Shown: piece after piece, positions 48,176 to 60,325 of the stretch
Layout: each line of letters begins with the position of its first letter
Numbering within the stretch: the stretch's first letter is position 1
NCBI RefSeq assembly: GCF_024521635.1
Contig: NW_026250408.1
Location: 1,364,001-1,428,000 of the forward strand
DNA from: Tricharina praecox
Lineage: Eukaryota
Direction: 5' to 3'
DNA length: 64,000 nt
Position numbers and translations under genes: made by a program
Notes under the pieces: model-generated
What the model was told of the DNA's origin: nothing
The model's database searches: none
The model's input: the letters and a program-made list of their open reading frames with translations, nothing else

Positions 48176-49244
48176 ATACGGGAAAGAGCATGGTGTGGTA
48201 CGAAAGATACGAAAGGCGTATGGGGCTTGGGCGTTCTTGTTTTCTTCTCTTTTCTTTCTGTTTTTTTCTTTTCTGTTCTGTTGTGTTCTAGTTGGTTGGT
48301 TGGGTTGGAAGGGGATGGAGGGAAGGGAATAGGGTGGATACGGATGGAGAGGAGTATACCTTTGATCAGATCGTTGCCATTACTTACCTACGTGCTTTCT
48401 AGATTACATGACATAGCATACTACATCTTACTGTACGGACAATTACATGGAAAATTAAATGGGCATTTACGAGCGGGCTTCATGGGGCACGGTAATGATG
48501 AACTGGTGGTTGGTCCGAAACGGTCGGAGTAGACTTTCGAGTACGGCGGTAGACGGGATGTCATAAAACCTTGAGTGACCGCACCTTACAACGGATTTGA
48601 CGGTGGTGGCTCCAGCATAGCGGAAAGCGCCTCCAGAATTATATACACCCATGATACCAACAGCATCAAGATGTCACTCGCGACTCCCACTCTACTCGAG
48701 GGCCTAAAGAATTCCGACGTCGAATAACAGTGGTCCAGCGGTCGAGTGAACATGGTGTGGGTATACTGCCATGATCTAGCTACCTAGGTCGCATGCACAA
48801 AAACAACACTCGGCGTTTGGTAGCACATCATGACGACAAAACACAGAAGTTGGGAATATGATATGATATAGATATTCATATAGCTAACCCCCATACATCT
48901 TCCCATCACCACACCCGTCACATACACCAACACCAACACCAAACACCTAGAAACACCCGCCACATTTGGCATCACACCAAACCTGCCAAGCGCCCCAAAG
49001 CGCCCCCAAAGAACGAATGATATCTATCCATTACAACCAACAGACTTGCAGGAGTTCAGCTGTGATTGCTACATCTACGTTTTGACATCCATTCCGTCTT
49101 GTCCGTGTGTCCTTCAATCAATCAAATCATCGTACAGTTATGATGTCCCTCCCCCCGTCCCCCCCTCCCCCCTCACCAAAATGCCCTCCCCTCCCCCAAC
49201 ACCCCAACACCCCCAACCACAAAGAAGTCAAGAGCCGCGTCCAA

Positions 49245-51815
49245 TTAAGGATCAGCTCCGAGCCCCTCCAGCTCCTTCCGAACGCCGTCCTCGGTTTTGA
49301 TCTTCTTCAACTGTGTGTCCTCGAGCTTCTCACCCTTAGCCAATCGCATCTTGAGTTCCTCGATAGCTCTCAGCTTCTTGTGCAGGCCGCGAACCTTCTT
49401 CTCGTCTTGCGCGGCGTCCTCGGCGCTGATCTGCGGTATGGATGGCGTCGCCGGTTGCGGCGGTGGAGGAGGAGTCTGGACCTTTTTGGGTCCAGCCAGC
49501 GCATCTTTCGGCGGGCCGTCGGGGCCACGACTCTTGCTGCGCCCGCGTCCGTTGGGCTGGCCGTTGCGGCTGCGGTTTCGCATGTTGCCGCCCGGAACAC
49601 GGAGTCCGTCTCTGCCGCCCTCCCTGGTTTCGACGACGCCGGCGGCTTCAGCCTCGGCCTTGGCCTTCTTGGCCGCCTCCCGCTTCTTCTTGTTCTTGAG
49701 AGCAGCCTTGGACATGCCTTGGTCCTCGTCTGCACCAGCACCCGTTCCTGCCAGGGAGACGCCGCCGCCGGGAGCCGCACCGGGGACAAGACGCTCGGCG
49801 GGAGTTGCGCCGGGGACTTCACGACGCCGTCCCTTGTTGCCGAAGCCATTGAGACCGCCGGGACCGCCGCCATTGACATAGTTGTGGGCCGCGCCACCCT
49901 CGTCCTCACGCTTGAAATGGAGGGGCGTCTCCGATCCACGAGCGTGAGGGGGTCGGTAGGCACCGGTCGACTTCTTGGGGGTCGCCGTGCCAACGTGGCT
50001 CAACGCCGAGGCGTGGGGGGCCGGTGCCGAAGGGAGCGGGCTGGGAAGAGTGTGCACGCCGGGCTGGGGGCGCCAGAGGACGTGGTAGAGCTCCTCCATA
50101 TCGACCTTGTACATCAGCTCTCCAGTGTAGTGCCAGATCATCACACCGTTGTCGACGCGGAGGCGAGGAGAAGTCGTGGCGGTGAGGATGTGACGACCGT
50201 CGGGCGACCACTCGCAGATTGAAGGGTTCGAGGACTCGATGGTGGTGATCTTCCTCATTCCCGCCTGGCGATCGTAGATGTCAATCTGTCCTTGCAAATT
50301 ACCGAAACCCGCCACAATCACGAATCGAGCATGCGGAGAGAAAAGGATCGTGTTGCGGGGGCCAGCGGGCAGTGAGTGGACAACATTCGCCCGACAGTCG
50401 AAAATGGTCGTCTTGGCGGGCATGAAGCCGTACACCACTCCGAATTCCTTCGAGTCAGGTGACCAAATCACGTCGTGGATCGGTCCTTCCTTGTCTACCA
50501 TAAGAATTAGAATCGGACAGTTCACGCGCGCATTGTCCTGACGGCAACATACCTAATTGAACACGACAGTCGGAACCACCGGCAACCGTCATGAGGTAAA
50601 GGTTCGTCTCGCCGTAGTAACTCTTCCCAGTCTTGTCGGCATCGGTTTGAGCAAAGACCAGCACAGTGGTTCCAAGATCGTTCCACTTGAGCTGGACTCT
50701 GTCCGCCTTGAAGAAGCTCTTTTGAGAGAGCACAGTGGTCCAGTTGGGAACCTGGAAGACCTTGACCATGGCTGGCTGTCCCTTGCGCTCCGGTACGAAT
50801 GCAGCTACCGAATAGTTCTTTCCTGGGCCCAGGGCGAAATCCGACACGCCCTCGACACGCAGATGACCCCAGACCTTGTCCATCTTGTCCGACTCGTAGA
50901 ACTGGACCTCGTTGGTGACGCCTCGAGCGCAGTACTTTTCGTCATAGGTATACTGAAGGTTCCACCCAGTCTGAAGCTTCTGCACGAACGCTGTGACTGG
51001 CTCGGCGGTCTCGGTTCTCCAGACTTTAAGATTCTTCGATGCAGCTCCATCCTCCTGCTTAGCTAGAGAGCAGAGGTATCAGCGGACCGCAACAACGAGC
51101 ATCACCACCAATCACGCAACGACGGGAACGTACTAGGTCTCTGCCATGTGATAATGTAGCTGCCCTGAGGCGAGAAGCCTATCTCGTGAACAGCCTCCGT
51201 TGGCAGGGTAGCACGGATTTCACCGGTATCCGCCGACGCAACCTTGACACTTGCCTCGAGGTCAGCGACAAACCAGATCGGAGCTGGGGAGGAGGGTGCT
51301 ACTTTTCGGGGGTAGCCCAAGCAAACCACTTTCCACACGGGCTGTAGGTGCAACACCTCATATTCCCCTCCGTCCTGTAAACCGACAAACACGTAACCGT
51401 CAGTCCCCCAACAACCTATTAATTCCCATCGCGACGACGAAAACGTACTTAGCGAAACCAGGCAGATCCGCATATTTGGGGTACGCATCAATAATGCCAA
51501 TGGTTTTGAGACTCCGATCTATCGCATACACAGCTTGCGTCAGCATTCGGACATTACGGGTCAATGTACCGACACAGCGCTTGGGACAAGTGTGGATCGG
51601 CGGAAGACAACAAGTCACACCAGGTTTTCAAACAACCGCTCCTCCAAGAACCGAAAGCGCCCATCGTTTCCCATCTCACCAACGGCCGCATCGCGCATCC
51701 CGGCGGACCAACAGCAGCGGCCAAACCGGAACAGGTTCATCAAGGGAAAGGAAAATCAGACAACGCAAGAGGACATAAACATACAAGCAAACTGCGTGGG
51801 CACGGGAGAAGACAT
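49245..51815 (-). CDS. eIF2A: Eukaryotic translation initiation factor 2A; multi-exon, start MSSPVPTQFA
   Basis: SFFKADRVQLKWN, DKTGKSYYGETNLY, KEGPIHDVIW, YGFMPAK, AGFGNLQG, TATTSPRLRVDNG, GAYRPPHAR, KKLRAIEELK. Confidence 0.95.
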
Positions 51816-53414
51816 TTTTTTCTTTTCTTTTTCCTTTCGATGGAAACCTCGGGAGAGTAGTAGTTGATCCTTGGCGAACGTGTCTAGTTGGCAACGGAGT
51901 TATGGAGGGGCTCGGGACACAAGTGACGAGGTTCTTATCGTGGCCGTACGGTCGTCTTCTTCGTGCGTGTGCTTCGGGCTGGCTCGGGGAGTTGAGTGGT
52001 GCCTTGCTGACCGCTTTTTTTTCTTCTCTACCGTGTGATAAGTTCCTCGCAAGTGAATGGGAGAAACGGCTAACGGAGTTGATTAAGAAGCTTTCGAGAG
52101 GTCGGTCGGTAGAGGACGGGGGAGGAGGGCGGTCTGAGAACAGAGGTCGTCGGATTCGCGGGAATGAGGCGAAACGTCGGTTCTCGTCTATCGTCTGGTC
52201 TAGGAGGAGAGGTGGCGGAGGAGTAGAGGTGAAGGAAGAATACTCTAGGTCGTGCTTGGTCTGGGATTGTGGGGCGGGGAAGTAGAGTAGTGAGACAAAG
52301 CAGGAAGCTGACTAGGAAGCTTTTTTTTTTTTACTTAACAAAACAAAAAGCTTAGCGAGTAAGAATAGTGCTCGAATTAGAATAGCGGTGCTCAAAATTC
52401 GAATAGTTATAATCGAGCACCTTCTGGACTGGACAACGTTGCATGGCCATTCAATGATCCGGATCGACGAAACGAACGTGACGGGCAGCTACTTGGGTAC
52501 CTATCATGTCTACTCCACAGGATGAGAAATGGACAACACAGCGACGGATGACGAGGCCGAAGAGCGGGGTGATGAGGAATTGAGCCGAGACGAGGTGGGG
52601 GGCTGAATTGAAACCTGAGCCTGAACCTGAATAAAGCCTGCGGGACGGAGGGCGGAGGCGGGCGGGAAAGAAATGGACACCTGGCACAACTTAAACGGAA
52701 GCGCACGAGAGAGGAACGAAGTGGACGACGAGAGGGCGGAATTTCCTGGGGGAATTTCAATGGAAAGTGCGGCCAAGCCTGCGCTTGGGCCGAGGGCGAG
52801 CCGGACGCGGTCGCGGACCCTCGGTTTTGACGGGAAGAAAAAACGCACACGATCAAACGAACAAACGACCAACCTGGAACCAATAACAACGACGACGAAA
52901 ACGGAACAGGACGGCGAGCTCAGCTTCGTTGGTTGATCGATCTACTACATGGTAAAATCGAACAATTTCAGCACGCTCACTTGGACTGTGGTTCCGTGCT
53001 GGAATTCAAAAAATCCGAATTCACAAACATTTGTCGCTTCACAGAGAAGTTACACTGAACACCATGGACGGATGTTCCGATGGATGCCTGCTGCGAGTCT
53101 CAGCGGTGGCGTCCGATGGCGACTAGGGTGGGAAGAGGAGATCTCCAGATCTAGAACTTGAGGGCCCTGTAGACATTCGAATTTCGAAGTAAATGGGTGA
53201 GTGATGGTATGTGATTAAGCACTCACCAGGTCCTTTTCCTGATTTTTGACAGCTCTAATCACTTCGCTCACAAAGAAATTATTTCACACAGTGGAATCAA
53301 TCCCGAACTTCTATCAATCCCGTTCATAGGATCTCCCGGGAAGATGATACCTATCCAAAACATAAACCCCCAAATAAAAAAATAAAAAAATAAAAAGAAA
53401 CCTCCAATCCCAGC

Positions 53415-56400
53415 CTAGATCGTCATCTGCCCAAACTCCGTGTCCAAATTTCGTGCGTGGGTGACACCCGTGGTAGCCTGATGATTCTGTCCACCCACCG
53501 GCGAGCCACACTCGGGGCATCTCACCAATTCCATTCGCATACCGCACTCACCGACCGAGAACTAAACAGATATGGTAAGCAAGGCGAGTGGGCTGGGTGA
53601 AAGCGAACGCATCTTACCGGATGTCCCAACTGGCAATAATACCAATGTCCGGTACCTCCAAACTCCCGCGCCATGGCGGCATAGATGGTCTTCTTCTCCT
53701 CCGAGATGACAAAGGAGTAAAACGTCCAACCGTTCAGCAGATGCTGTGCCGCCACCACATCCGCGCGGAGATGCTCGGCGGATGCGTGCTGGTCGATCCG
53801 GAGCAGGCACTGATCCAGATGGTGCAGTTCAACGTCGCGAATCGTACTCCTCTGCTCCAGCGGCAATTCCGTCGCTTCCGGAGCATCGTACAGCTCCAAC
53901 GCGACGAATTTGGCGTGGTAGATGTATGCCTCAATCTCCTCCCTGACCATGCTGGCTTTCTCGGCGTCAAGTATAAGCGCGATTGATAAATTCTTAGCTT
54001 TCTCTAGCTTTTCATTCCTCCAATGCTTACGGTGGCCCTTGGCTAATTCGGGATCGAAGCGTTTGATCATTCGCTGAAAGTTCCAGAGATTGGCCCAAAG
54101 GACCCGCAGTGATTGCGCCTTGCCGCGTAGTTCGAAGCCGTACTGGATAACCGAATTGTCTAACTCGAATTTACTGACCGCGTTTTGGCGCCGCCGGGCG
54201 TTAAGAACCATACTATTCGGGCTGGTCAGGTACATTTCTTGGAAGGGATTTGCCGCCGAGTACATATGATAACCTACCTCTGAACACGGCCGTACGGTTG
54301 TTCCGTCTTGGCCACGATGGCGAGGAACGCAGCGACACAATTGGTGGCCTGCGCTGCACAATCTTTGTAATCCATGATTCCCTTCTCCTTGCTAGTATAC
54401 GCGGTGTTCAATGCTTTCCCCTGCTTGCGAAACTGGTTGGCCATCTGCTCGAGTTTAGCCTCCCACTGCGCAACGTCCGCAATCAATCTGGCCTGGAGTG
54501 TGCCAGCGTGAGCCATGAACCGCTTCGTAGCCTCGTCTAGCAATGCCCCCTTCACGACCCTATTGTAGCGATGTATGTTGCGCAACGGCGCTCGACATTC
54601 GGGACAAGCCTCGATCTCGGTTCTGGAGAAGTTCTTCGGTTCCAAGATCTCGCCTTGCTCGTCGATTTCGTAGGCACTTCTTAGGTCCATGTGGCCGTCC
54701 AAAGTTCCGACGCTGTAGAAATGTCCACAGTTGAGGAAGATGACCGGGTCACTATCGAGATCCGCTTCGCGGTATGTGGTGAGTTCGATGAGATCAAGAA
54801 CTCTGTCGAGGATATCGATACCGGCGCATTGCCGGCAGTATTGTGGACTCGGACAGTCTTCACCGCAGATGCTGGGGCATTGATGCCCACACTCCAAGGG
54901 CTTGTCGCACCGGACCGAACATGGAATTATGTCGCATGGTACAGCGCACGGCATGTGGCATTTGCCCTGTCTCTTTGTCAGCGGAGTGCATCGGGTGCAG
55001 TGCGGATTGATTGTTCTTACTCTGTGCTTGCAACTCCAAGTGCATGACTCAGCACATGGAGGGCAAGGCTCGCTGCATTTATTTGAGCAGCGAGCGTGGG
55101 TGCATGCGACTTCGCAGGGACGTCCGCATGGCCCACATGGTGTTCCAGGATGGCACTTTCTAGAGCAGTCATGGTGGCAAGTCGTGTAGGATCGTCCGCA
55201 CTGAACGATGCAGGTTTGGTGATCCTCAATTACTTCCTCTTTATTTTCTAGGTTCATCTTTCTGCAGGTAAAACAATTGCGCCCGCATCGGTGTCCGCAT
55301 GGCAGTAGCGATCCACACTTGCTCGGGCAGGCGAGTGCCGCTGGGTCCCGGTGACACGCAACCGTCACCGTATGCCCACATTTGAGCGTACGGTTGACGG
55401 TCTGCATGCATGGAACGCTCACCAGGTCGATTATTTGCTTCGGGAGGCCTATAGTCAGCAGGAGTCGGAAGGAGAGGGACAAGCATGTTAGTCACATACG
55501 TAGCAAAACAGACTCGTAGGAGTGTGGCCGCAGGGAAGTGATTTATTGTTGGTCACGGAGGCCATACAATTTCCACAGCGTTGGTAGCAACGCTTAGGAC
55601 ATGAGTGTGAGCAATGGGTATATTGCCGGATGCAATCTTCGTAGCATTCGACTCTGTATTCATGTAGTCAGCTTCATGCCGACCGATACCACTAAAAGGG
55701 AGGAGCATACGCCTCGTGAAGGGCTTGAGCGTGACACTTCACATTGCAAGAATGACCTGAGAGAAAGAAAAGCTGTCAGCACAAACGGCGAAGATGGGGG
55801 TCTGTGAAGATATACCGCACTTGAGGCGCTTCCCACATCTCTCCGAGCAGCCTCCCTCCGGTGCCAAGCGAGTAAAGTCCTCAGGCTTCTCGACATGGAT
55901 GTCCGTCTTGGGATGTCGAGGACACTGCAGCGCAAGAGCAGGGCCGATGTTCTCCTTTTCCTGAAGCATGTTGATCACCTTGCCCCACATTTCCACTGGG
56001 CGTGCCGTTTCCGAATCCCCGATGATGTACATGCCATGTTGTGCACGGCTGAGAAGCACGTTGATCCGGTTGCTGGTTTTGAGGAACCCGCATTCGTGCT
56101 TTTCGTTACTGCGGACTAAAGAAATGACGATGATCTTGGCTTCCTCGCCTGCCCTCGCGATCGGACCGTTAGCCTCTGCCGAAATATCTATGGCGGGGAA
56201 TGATACCGGCGGGGAATGATACTGGCGGGGAATGATACTGGCGGGGAATGATACTGGCGCTCACCCTGAAAGTTATCGACGGTAGCTATGCGGATGGCTT
56301 CGGCAAGCTTTCCCTTGCGGATCTCATTCCCCTGCCATGGGTTCTCCATTTTTCCCGTCCGCATCTCATCCCTCTCTTGGGTCTCGATCTCTTGCATGTC

Positions 56401-59400
56401 CTTCTCCCCGATCACTAGATCAAAAGTTTCCGAAAATTTCTTCCTCAGAATTCGTAGTTGGCCGAGATACGGCGTGAGCACCGCAATATCCTCCTTCCGA
56501 TGGTAAGAACACTGCCTCGCCAGATGCTTCACCAAGGAGACCACCATCTTTGCCTCCCACTCGTTGGTCTTGGACGTCTGCATGGAGCCGTCCTTGCCAC
56601 CGGAATCCTCCCGGTTCCGATGATCGAGCCAGAACAGCCTCCTGCGCATCCCCCAAACCTCTGGGTAGTTAAGGGTGACAACGTGGTCTTGTAGGTCGGG
56701 GTAAAGGGTTTCGCGGACGAGTTCGGCGATGCTGGGATGCATTCGGCGCTGCACGCCGAGTTGTGCGATGGGAAACTTTGCGCCATCAAAACGCTCTTCG
56801 GCCAACCGCTCGAATAACGACTCGTCGAGGCCGTACTTCTGACCATGAGGGTTCTCCATCGATAGGGAGTTGTTGGAAATTGTGGCTCGGAGCTGCAGGT
56901 GGTCCCCGATCAGAATTGCATGCTCGACCGACGGTATCAGGGCCGTCAGTATATGCGCCTCCAGCACCTCTGTGGAAAGAAATTAATGAGCATAAAAATA
57001 TAGAGAATAAAAAGACGAGGAGGGCGATTGTTTCACATACCGGCAGCCTCTTCACAGACGAGCACCTTAACCGGAAGCCTTCTAATAAGTTCCGCATTCA
57101 TCGCCAGTCCTGTGGTCGTCACGCCGATAATATCAGCTTTCTCGAGACACCTTTTATCCCTCTCCTTGTACTGTATTTGAAGCATCCGACTAGTTTCGGT
57201 GAAATCCTCCATGCAGGATTGCAGTTCGTGACGTTTAGCGTTGACGATGGTTTCCACCCAGTGCGCCCATAATTTCCGCCTCTCGACAACCGACATCTTC
57301 CACACCTGCTGAGGACATTTGAGAAGGTCATCACAACTTCGATTGCTCCTTGCCTGTGTCGGCTGATTTTGTCGCTCCCAAGGCCGACCCATTCCTTGAA
57401 TCCAACGGTCATAGAGATCCTGCTTCGTTGTATGGTTGGCCACCAGTTGATATCCCTCAGCGTCAACGCTGTAGACCCCCTTAGCTCCCGCAAAAAGACA
57501 GTCATGAAACGCCGGGTCGTAATCTAGTAAGCGATCCGCGACAGCAGAGACAGTGCATCCTGTGGAACTCCATTGTAGGACTGGTTGCATGCGCATTCTG
57601 ATCTCGTCCAGCTCCTTATTATGCTTCCGAATGCTGCAACTCTCTGTCATGGTATTTCTGGTACCGAAGCGAACCTTGGCGAGCGTGAGTTCGGATAGCA
57701 CCACTGACTTCGAACTGGAGCCCATTCGGATCACTTTGGGCTTCACAACACTTTTGTGGTTGAGAACGTGCTCGAGAAACTGGTCAAGCGCATGGTTGGT
57801 GTACTGATCCATTCACTCAGTAACAGCTTGTTTAAGTCGTAGAGGGGGGGTGAAGGGACTCACACAGACACAAATTATCGGACCGATTCTTAATCGATGT
57901 TTATTAGCCAGCAAGATCTGAACGATCTTATCACCCACGTATGATTTTCCGGTCCCTGGAGGGCCTTGCACCAAGGCCAGTTCGTGCCGAAGACTATTGA
58001 TAAGACCTTGGCACTGTCCGCGGTCCAGAGTGGTATGGGCTTCCAATTCTTCAATGGTAACGGGTTGTTTGAGGGAGTGGCGCAACCGGAACCCGTCCTG
58101 CGTGATGCATGTCAGGTCCAGGAAGACATTATTTCTGGATAGGTAAAGGGGCGGCGGGACTGTGACGAATCCGTCGCGAATCTCGGTCCGAGTTTCGGGA
58201 CCCGGCGCAAGCCAGTCGGCGAATGGCATATGCGGCTGTCGATGCAGACTCTGGAGGACTTTCAGAACGGGTTCGAACGATGCGAATAACAGACCCGGAA
58301 ACTCGACAAGAACTGCAGAGCTGTCTTTCGATGGCGCAGCGAGAGTCATCAATCGTGCCTGATCGATCTTGGACGTGGGATCGATCAAGGCGAGTGTAAT
58401 CGTCGCGTTTTGATCGGTCCCAACCAAATCTTCGTCGGGCTCATGGGCGGAATCCACGCCAACCTTCTGGTACACCGTGCGTTCGGTAACAAGGAGAAAT
58501 AAAGTCTCCAGGGTGTTATCGACTATTGCCACGATGCTCCCCTTCTGAAGGTCTTTGGACTCCTCCCACCAGGCGATCCTCTGTTGTTCTCTCATCTTCG
58601 ACATATTAACAGGTTGCGCGAATGTGACTTTTGCTGTGAGACCGACTCGACGGTCGCAGTTCAGCCGTTTCACCTTGGCGTGCGTGAACAGGCTGAGTCT
58701 GGCATTGATCTGCCTGTGAATCTTTCGCTTCAGATTCTTATCGCTGCCGCGTACCAGCTGGTCCCAATGCGTAACGAGACCGCAGACAGCGTCCCGAAGC
58801 TGACCGGAAGTGTCCTCTCTCAGCAAGCGGAACTGCGAATCCAGAAGCCGTTGGATTCCGGTCTCGTGGTGGGGACTCTCTTTGTACTTCATGGGAAGAA
58901 ACTCGGGGCGGACGGCTTTGAGCTCGCTCGTGGTGGGGAGGATGCAGATCCTCTCGATCGAAGCGTGGTCGTTGTCATGGCGGGGGCCGTTGACCGATAA
59001 ATCACCCGGCGGGTCGACGTAGAACTGAAACTCTGGGGAGGCTGTAGTGGTGGTGGCATATGTTGCGCCTGGGATGGCTGTGCCCATGTTGAGACGCTGT
59101 TCGATCCGCTGGAGATGCCGAGCGCTCGATCTCAGGGCAAAACTCTGCTGGCGGTCGGAAGGGAACCGCTGCAGACACTCGCCGAGTGAGTTCGCAATCG
59201 CCATGTACCCCTCCTGGATGGATGCGTCCTGATTAAGATTGATCGTACTGAACATCGTAGCCGAAATCGCAAAGATTGCTTCCTCGCGTTGCGGTTCGTC
59301 GGTAGAATCGCTGTCCATGGCCGTCTGCAGGAGAGCAGCGGCCATGCCGAAGAAAGCGACACCACGCTTCCCGATAACATTATATATGGTACCCACGACG

Positions 59401-60325
59401 TTCTCCAGCACGAGCGAGGCAAGGATGTGCTCGTGGGAGATGAGTCTCAGAAAAGGAACACAATGCTCGTGGAACCCCAGGCTGCGCTCATGGGAGTAGC
59501 GTCTCGGAAAATTCCTCATGCTGCGCTCTTCGTACTGGTTGATACTGTACTGTCCCTCGAGAACCTTGACGATCCACTGCAGGCCACGCGCACTCCCCAG
59601 CTCCTTTATCATAAGCTGCCGCAATTCCGAATCCTCAGATTCGACGATCGCAAGGCCTTCCGTGATGGTTTTCCGCAGGGCGCTAGGAATCATAGCTTGT
59701 GGCAGCGACAGCGAGACCGACCAATCGAGACGTCTTGGGGGCCGCCTGACTGGTCTAACCGCGGTTGAATTGACGCTTCCATGCGAAAATGTGCAGTCAG
59801 ACCCGTATTTGCAGCCTTGGGGGGTGCCGAACCATCTGCAGACGCCGTGAGGAACGTTAGGGGTTGGTTCTCCCGATCCACCGCCTTCGTGCCGATACCT
59901 GCAGGCATCGTTCCGACATTCGCCCATACGGGCAAAGATATGGCATGTGCCCATCGCCAGCGAACCGGCTGACCTCCGCGGCCCGCCGGCCTCGTGTTTG
60001 TACTTGCAGTTGGCACCGTTCCGACATTTGCCCGTACGGTCGAAGGTGTGGCATGTGCCCATCGTCTGCGCCCCGCCGGCCTCGTGTTTGTACTTGCAAT
60101 CACTGTTTACACAGCCTCCGGAACGGGCAAAGAATTTGCAGACGCTAGAGTAGGCGTGTCAATTCTCCTACCATCAAACAAAGCGTGGATCACGAACCTA
60201 TTTCCTGCTCCGGCGTCGCTGTCACCTCTACCACTACCTCTACCACCCCATGCAAGTCCGTGTGATCCCCTCAATGCACTTACACGAGAGCCGGAGACCA
60301 GCCGTCCATGGGCATCCAACTCCAT
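53415..60325 (-). CDS. ZNFX1-like protein: 4 CCCH fingers, SF1 (UPF1-like) helicase, NF-X1-type Cys-rich repeats, RING-like module, RZ finger; multi-exon
   Basis: GPRHDNDH..I.ILPT..E, QFRLLRED, QGPPGTGKSY, TNHALDQFLE, CEEAA|EVLEAH, IGDHLQLR, TVDNFQG|EE, NVLLSRAQHG, repeated LxCGHxC, GHWYYCQLGHP|FSVGECG..CPECG..GGQNH. Confidence 0.93.
56191..56259. repeat. Intronic (TGGCGGGGAATGATAC)~4 tandem repeat next to a 5' splice site
   Basis: Four near-perfect 16-bp units inside a ZNFX1-like intron. Confidence 0.85.

Noticed and set aside
52565..52630. Possible box C/D snoRNA (GTGATGA ... CTGA)
   Set aside because: Short, no clear terminal stem, and no rRNA guide that I could verify; it needs an Rfam or snoscan run.
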